Of a DNA stretch of 64,000 nucleotides, positions 59,607 to 64,000 are shown one piece after another. Below the pieces are notes generated by a model. The model made no database searches. It worked only from the letters and a program-made list of their open reading frames with translations, and had not been told where the DNA came from. Location: contig JBBPIE010000013.1 in the NCBI GenBank assembly GCA_038040485.1, positions 84,209 to 148,208 on the forward strand. Reading direction: 5' to 3'. The DNA is from Candidatus Onstottus arcticum. GTDB taxonomy: Bacteria; Acidobacteriota; Blastocatellia; UBA7656. How positions within the stretch are numbered: the stretch's first letter is position 1; each line of letters begins with the position of its first letter. The position numbers and the translations under genes were made by a program.

Positions 59607-60662
59607 TCAGCGGCCGGCCGCCACCAGCATCACTCGATAGCCTGACATCGCGGCGAGTTCCTCTTCCGCGTGCGCGCGCAACTCGGCGGAACTCATCCTC
59701 ACTATTTGCTCCAGCGTGTAGGTGATCATCATTCGCTTCGCGACCTCGTAGCCCAGCAAGTAGCCGCCTCGCGAGGGAAACCGTTCGTCGTAGCTTTGAG
59801 TGAACCAGCGCTCGTACTCGTCGGGCGGCGCTGACGACCTGATCAAATAAAGGTAGCGGCCGGCGTTTGAACTCAACTCCTTTTGCTGCGCCGCAAGTTC
59901 GTCTTCATTGAAATGCAGATACATCGCCCGTGGCTGACCGTCGTAAGCCTGTTCGGCGCCGGCCACCGCGATCCCTTCGACCAACAGCGGGATATGGGGC
60001 GCGCGAAAGTCCTCGGACGAATCGCCGGACTGCTGGAACAAGAAGCCGAAGTGATAAAGGTGAAAGAACTCGTGCGTGATCGTCATCCGGACTTGCTCCG
60101 GCGTGTAAGTAGCGAGTACCTCGGCGCCCAGGCACAGGGTGTCAGGAATCCCGCGGTCGTTCTGCACCGGCCGCACCGCTCCATCAAACCTGAAAAAGCT
60201 CAAGCCGATGTATACATCGCGTTGATGCTGGTACTCGCGAAAGCGGAAGTCTTTGAAGGTGATAATCCCCACGAGCAGGCTGTCGGTGATCGTGCGGTTC
60301 AGTTCGCGGATGGCTTCAACGCGCTCCGGAACACGGATCAGAAACTCATTGAGCATTGCGAGGCGCCGCTCGGGCTCGGCGCCGCGATAGACTGCTCGCT
60401 CGAAATAGTTGCGGTGCTTCGACCCGATGGTCCGCCTCCAGATTCGGCGCTGGGTTCGCAGCGGTTTGTCATTAGCCTGGTCCCAGAACAAAAGGAAGTC
60501 ATCCACAATGTTGATTACTTTGTGATTGCCGAGAAGCCTTTCGAGAGCTGATCGTCTGAGTGCCTCGTGGTCGGATTGAAGCTCAACTGCGCGTGTTGTC
60601 CCCGCCAGGCAAAGCACGACAACGAATGCTGCTACTAGCGCTTTCGTTGTCTTGCCAGTCAT
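59607..60662 (-). CDS. Secreted putative zinc-dependent peptidase (DUF2268-like, HEXXH)
   Basis: Signal peptide; HEFFHLYH motif. Confidence 0.5.
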   Translation of the reverse strand: MTGKTTKALVAAFVVVLCLAGTTRAVELQSDHEALRRSALERLLGNHKVINIVDDFLLFWDQANDKPLRTQRRIWRRTIGSKHRNYFERAVYRGAEPERRLAMLNEFLIRVPERVEAIRELNRTITDSLLVGIITFKDFRFREYQHQRDVYIGLSFFRFDGAVRPVQNDRGIPDTLCLGAEVLATYTPEQVRMTITHEFFHLYHFGFLFQQSGDSSEDFRAPHIPLLVEGIAVAGAEQAYDGQPRAMYLHFNEDELAAQQKELSSNAGRYLYLIRSSAPPDEYERWFTQSYDERFPSRGGYLLGYEVAKRMMITYTLEQIVRMSSAELRAHAEEELAAMSGYRVMLVAAGR

Positions 60663-60841
60663 CTGACGGCTCCTTTGCCGGTGGTGACCCGCGCCGACTG
60701 ATTGGCCGCTGGTGACTTATGAACGTTGACGATCGGGGAAGTTGCGGCCCGATTAGAATATGCCAAGTCGGGCAAAACACAAAGACATTCCTGCCTTTTG
60801 GCGCGCGTCAGATGTTTGCGGTCAGCTCCGCTGAAGGACAT

Positions 60842-61110
60842 CATACCCACCTCGTGAGAGGTGGGTTCCTGATGCTGTGGCCTACAGAACGTCGCAGCGT
60901 TGCCCTCGCATTTCTGCATACCCACCTCGTGAGAGGTGGGTTCCTGATGCAGTGGCCTTCGAGCGAACCCTCTTTGATCTGTGGCGTCTCATCGTAGGCT
61001 GGAGCATCACCGACCCACCTCTCACGAGGTGGGTATGCAAACAGCGTAGGCGGACGTGCTCTTCTGTAGGCTCGAGCATCACCCACCCACCTCTCACGAG
61101 GTGGGTATGC
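60842..61110. repeat. About 270-bp nested palindrome: two direct and two inverted copies of a 34-bp unit (CATACCCACCTCGTGAGAGGTGGGTTCCTGATGC) with partially palindromic spacers; MITE-like
   Basis: Copies at 60842-60875 (+), 60916-60950 (+), 61004-61038 (inverted) and 61076-61110 (inverted). Confidence 0.8.
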
Positions 61111-61278
61111 GCGAAAAGATGACGCGCTCCCAGGACTTCGGATTCCCTTCGCGCGCGCCCCAGTCTATAATTCCCGCTCTTCAAGGATTTGGTTCCGGGA
61201 CTGGCCTGAACCTTCGGAACATTTCACGAGGAACGCGGCCCCAATGTTATGTGCGATGCCGCAAATCGGAGAACACAT

Positions 61279-62241
61279 ATGAGAAAGATGCTGACTGCAG
61301 GTCTGTTAGCCGGCGCATTGATCGCGATTCCTCATGCGCGAGCCTCGAACGCCAAAGGCACGCTCGCCGAACGGTTGGGGTTTGGGCCGACGGACAAGAT
61401 ACTGATCATCAACGTCGATGACGTAGCCGGCAGCCACGCTGCTAACGTTGCAGCGATCGACACACTCGAGAACGGGCTTGCGACTTGCGCAACCATAATG
61501 GTCCCGTGTCCGTGGTTTCCCGAGATCGCGGCTTATGCGAAGGCGCATCCCGAACGCGACTTCGGCTTGCACCTGACTCACACCAGCGAGTGGAAGACTT
61601 ACAAGTGGGGACCTGTTGCCAGCAAGAGCGAAGTGCCGGGACTCGTCGATCCGCAGGGCTATCTGTGGCCGGACATCATGAACGTGTACAGTCACTCGAC
61701 GCCCGAGCAGGCGTACATCGAGGCTCGCGCCCAGATCAAGAAAGCCCTCGACGCTGGGATAGACGTGACACACCTCGATTCGCACATGGGCACGCTTCAG
61801 TACAACGACGCGTACTTTCAGGTTTATCGCCGGCTCGCCAAAGAATTCAACGTGCCGTTGAGGATGGCGGCACAAGAAGTACTGGCTGCGGCCGGCGGCG
61901 GGCAGCAACGGGCGCAGTTGGATTCAGACGGTATTGTTTGTCCCGACTACTTGATTTATGGAGGCCCGAACAAGGGCGAGTCGGTGACCGATTATTGGAA
62001 GCGAATGTTGAACTCGCTCAAGCCGGGCGTGACCGAGCTGTTTATTCACGCTTCGAAGGCCGGCGAAGAGATCCAGCACATCACCAACTCGTGGAAGGAT
62101 CGCAACACCGAGTATGAGTTGTTCACCCGCGATCCCGAGATTCGGCGGATTCTGGAATCGCAAGGCGTCAAGCGGATCGGCTATCGGGCGCTGCGAGACT
62201 TGCAACGGAAAGCTTCGCAGACGCGAAGCAGCGGCGGGTAG
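61279..62241 (+). CDS. YdjC/ChbG-family carbohydrate deacetylase, secreted
   Basis: INVDDVAGSHAAN...G....IMVPCPW N-terminal motif of the YdjC family; signal peptide; GGAGAA Shine-Dalgarno before the ATG at 61279. Confidence 0.6.
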   Translation: MRKMLTAGLLAGALIAIPHARASNAKGTLAERLGFGPTDKILIINVDDVAGSHAANVAAIDTLENGLATCATIMVPCPWFPEIAAYAKAHPERDFGLHLTHTSEWKTYKWGPVASKSEVPGLVDPQGYLWPDIMNVYSHSTPEQAYIEARAQIKKALDAGIDVTHLDSHMGTLQYNDAYFQVYRRLAKEFNVPLRMAAQEVLAAAGGGQQRAQLDSDGIVCPDYLIYGGPNKGESVTDYWKRMLNSLKPGVTELFIHASKAGEEIQHITNSWKDRNTEYELFTRDPEIRRILESQGVKRIGYRALRDLQRKASQTRSSGG

Positions 62242-62275
62242 TGGGGTCATGTGTGTTGCTAGTAAGGGACAGAAG

Positions 62276-62476
62276 CTAGTGGCTGTCTAAATCGGACTTA
62301 GGAATCATGCGAGGTAGAACCGGGTCGTTTATTTGATGATTCAGCTGCTTTCTCAGCTTCTCGTACGGTACCCTTTCGTCTTCGCCAAACCGCCAAAAAC
62401 GAGGAGGCCAGTTCGAGGACTTGAACGGGTTATTTACTTCTAGCCGCAAGAGTTTTTCATTCGTCGGTTTTTCCAT
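62276..62476 (-). CDS. Hypothetical small ORF in an AT-rich patch
   Basis: ORF only. Confidence 0.15.
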   Translation of the reverse strand: MEKPTNEKLLRLEVNNPFKSSNWPPRFWRFGEDERVPYEKLRKQLNHQINDPVLPRMIPKSDLDSH

Positions 62477-62900
62477 ATCGCATCCTCAGATCGCGTTATG
62501 GTACCTAATCGGGTGGTCAAAAGTCTGTTCACTATTAGACAAGCTTCAGAATAAGCTATGACCCCACTGACCCGCCCCCGGATGGTTCGAGCTGAGACGA
62601 TCATCTATACTCTCGGTGTCTGACTCCACGGAGCCGTCAATCAATGAACTCACATCGAGTCGAAACTACCAATTTCGGAAGACGGATCGCTGACGCTGAA
62701 AAACATCCCATTTCACGCGGGAGATTCGGTTGAAGTCATTATCCTCGCTCGATCTGCGGTGTCCGGATTTCAAAACGGCTACGCGTCAAGAGGAACGCCG
62801 GTGAGCTACCTGGATCCGACCGAACCCGTGGGCGATCAGGAGTGGGAATCGCTGCGATGATCCTCGACTATCAGCACGTAAGACGCTTGGGCAATCTTGA

Positions 62901-63500
62901 ATGAAAACCCGCGCTTTCCATCGAGTTATCGGCCTGCTGATGCTAGCACCGCTGACAGGCTGGGCGATCACCGGAGCGTTCTTCTTCTTAAAGCCCGGAT
63001 ACGCCGGCGCGTACGAGCTGCTTCAAGTAAAGACCTACCCGCTCGAACCTAACAACATCTCGCTGCAAGCCGACCCGTCGTGGCTTGAAGTCCGCTTCGT
63101 CAAAACGATTCTTGGCGAGCATCTGCTGGCTCGTACTTCAAAGGGCTGGTTTCATCTCGACCCGCGAAGCTTGCAATCCAAACCAGAGCCTCCGACGGAC
63201 GAAGTCCGCGCGCTTGTGATCGATGCGGTCTCGGCGAATCCGGCTCGCTATGGCCGAATCTCCGCAATCGAAGGCAGCACCATCACTACCGATACGGGTG
63301 TTAGCATCGAACTCGACTGGAACCGATTGGCGCTTACGCAGCACGGCAAGGACACCGACCGGATCGACCTGCTTTACAAGATTCACTATTTGCAATGGAC
63401 GGGCGTCAAGAGCCTCGATAAGGTTCTTGGGGCGCTCGGCATCATCCTGGTTCTGGTGTTAAGCGGACTCGGCGCGCGACTGTTTTTCACTCGAGGATGA
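62901..63500 (+). CDS. Hypothetical membrane protein (N- and C-terminal TM helices)
   Basis: ORF with hydrophobic helices at both ends. Confidence 0.35.
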   Translation: MKTRAFHRVIGLLMLAPLTGWAITGAFFFLKPGYAGAYELLQVKTYPLEPNNISLQADPSWLEVRFVKTILGEHLLARTSKGWFHLDPRSLQSKPEPPTDEVRALVIDAVSANPARYGRISAIEGSTITTDTGVSIELDWNRLALTQHGKDTDRIDLLYKIHYLQWTGVKSLDKVLGALGIILVLVLSGLGARLFFTRG

Positions 63501-63502
63501 CA

Positions 63503-64000
63503 ATGGCTGAGAAGAAGGTATCGCGGTTCGGCTCGTGGGGGTCGCCGATCACGTCGGACTTGATAGTCGCGGGAACGATCGGTCTCGGCGATCCGGCCAT
63601 GGATGGCGACGACGTTTACTGGATCGAGAGCCGTCCTTCGGAAAAAGGCCGAAGCGTCATCGTGCGTCGGACGCCTGACCGGCAAGTCTCGGACGCAATC
63701 CCGGCAGGCTTCAACGCACGCACGACCGTTCACGAGTACGGCGGAGGCGCTTACGTTGTCGACAACGGCACAGTCTACTTTTCCAACTTCACGGACCAGC
63801 GTATCTATCGGCAGACCGTGGGCTCTCAGCCTGAGCCGGTCACGCTCAGCGAGAAGATGTACTACTCGGACGGCGTGATCGACGGCCGCCGGAATCGGAT
63901 GATCGCGATCCGCGAAGACCACACGGCGCCAGGCCGCGATGCAACCAACACCATCGTGAGCATCAACCTCGCCGGCGACAAAGACGGTACCGTGTTGGTT
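63503..64000 (+). CDS. N-terminal part of an S9-family (prolyl oligopeptidase/acylaminoacyl-peptidase-like) beta-propeller peptidase; continues beyond the window
   Basis: ATG at 63503 with an open frame to the window end; the N-terminal pattern SRFGSWGSPIT...PAMDGDDVYWIESRPSEKGR is typical of the S9 beta-propeller N-terminus. Confidence 0.45.
   Translation, partial: MAEKKVSRFGSWGSPITSDLIVAGTIGLGDPAMDGDDVYWIESRPSEKGRSVIVRRTPDRQVSDAIPAGFNARTTVHEYGGGAYVVDNGTVYFSNFTDQRIYRQTVGSQPEPVTLSEKMYYSDGVIDGRRNRMIAIREDHTAPGRDATNTIVSINLAGDKDGTVLV

Noticed and set aside
60842-61110. Possible CRISPR array
   Set aside because: Only four repeat copies, in mixed orientation (two direct, two inverted), with partly palindromic spacers and no adjacent cas genes. 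This is a nested palindrome or MITE-like element, not CRISPR.
60719-61184. Four overlapping small ORFs with HTHLVRGGFLM or PPLTRWV repeats
   Set aside because: They are translations of the 34-bp palindromic repeat units on both strands. They have no start-context support.

Overview
This is a roughly 62% GC bacterial chromosomal segment, plausibly from an Acidobacteriota-like organism (my inference from the gene content). The housekeeping backbone is GDPD, HIT, sppA, rpsA, dacB, hemB, pyrG, kdsB, larB, a trmH-family gene and a SpoIID/SPOR protein. It also carries an ACIII/Qrc-like respiratory cluster (pentaheme cytochrome c, MopB-like subunit, 4Fe-4S subunit, NrfD-like subunit, DUF3341), interrupted by two CarboxypepD_reg-domain genes. 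Between these sit several apparent accessory or defence modules. The main finding is two paralogous two-gene cassettes. Each pairs a NAD+-processing-type effector gene with a downstream nSTAND-type P-loop NTPase: SIR2-like with NTPase-TM-TPR at 5548-9117 (+), and TIR-like with NTPase-TM-WD40 at 42972-48685 (-). Each NTPase has a single predicted transmembrane helix and a charged coiled-coil between the NTPase module and the repeat domain. Other candidates are an MmeI-family Type IIL restriction-modification gene in a low-GC patch, an AAA_21-like ATPase with a PIN-like partner, and a DUF433/DUF5615 toxin-antitoxin pair. A recurrent non-coding motif is also present: at least six 3'-end or inter-gene hairpins whose stem arms are built from 3-8 tandem copies of a 7-10-mer, one of them inside the respiratory operon. 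In addition there is a 270-bp nested palindrome (MITE-like) and a REP-like GCAGGCATCCCYGCCTGC element with one copy in-frame inside a coding sequence. No rRNA, tRNA or CRISPR arrays were found.
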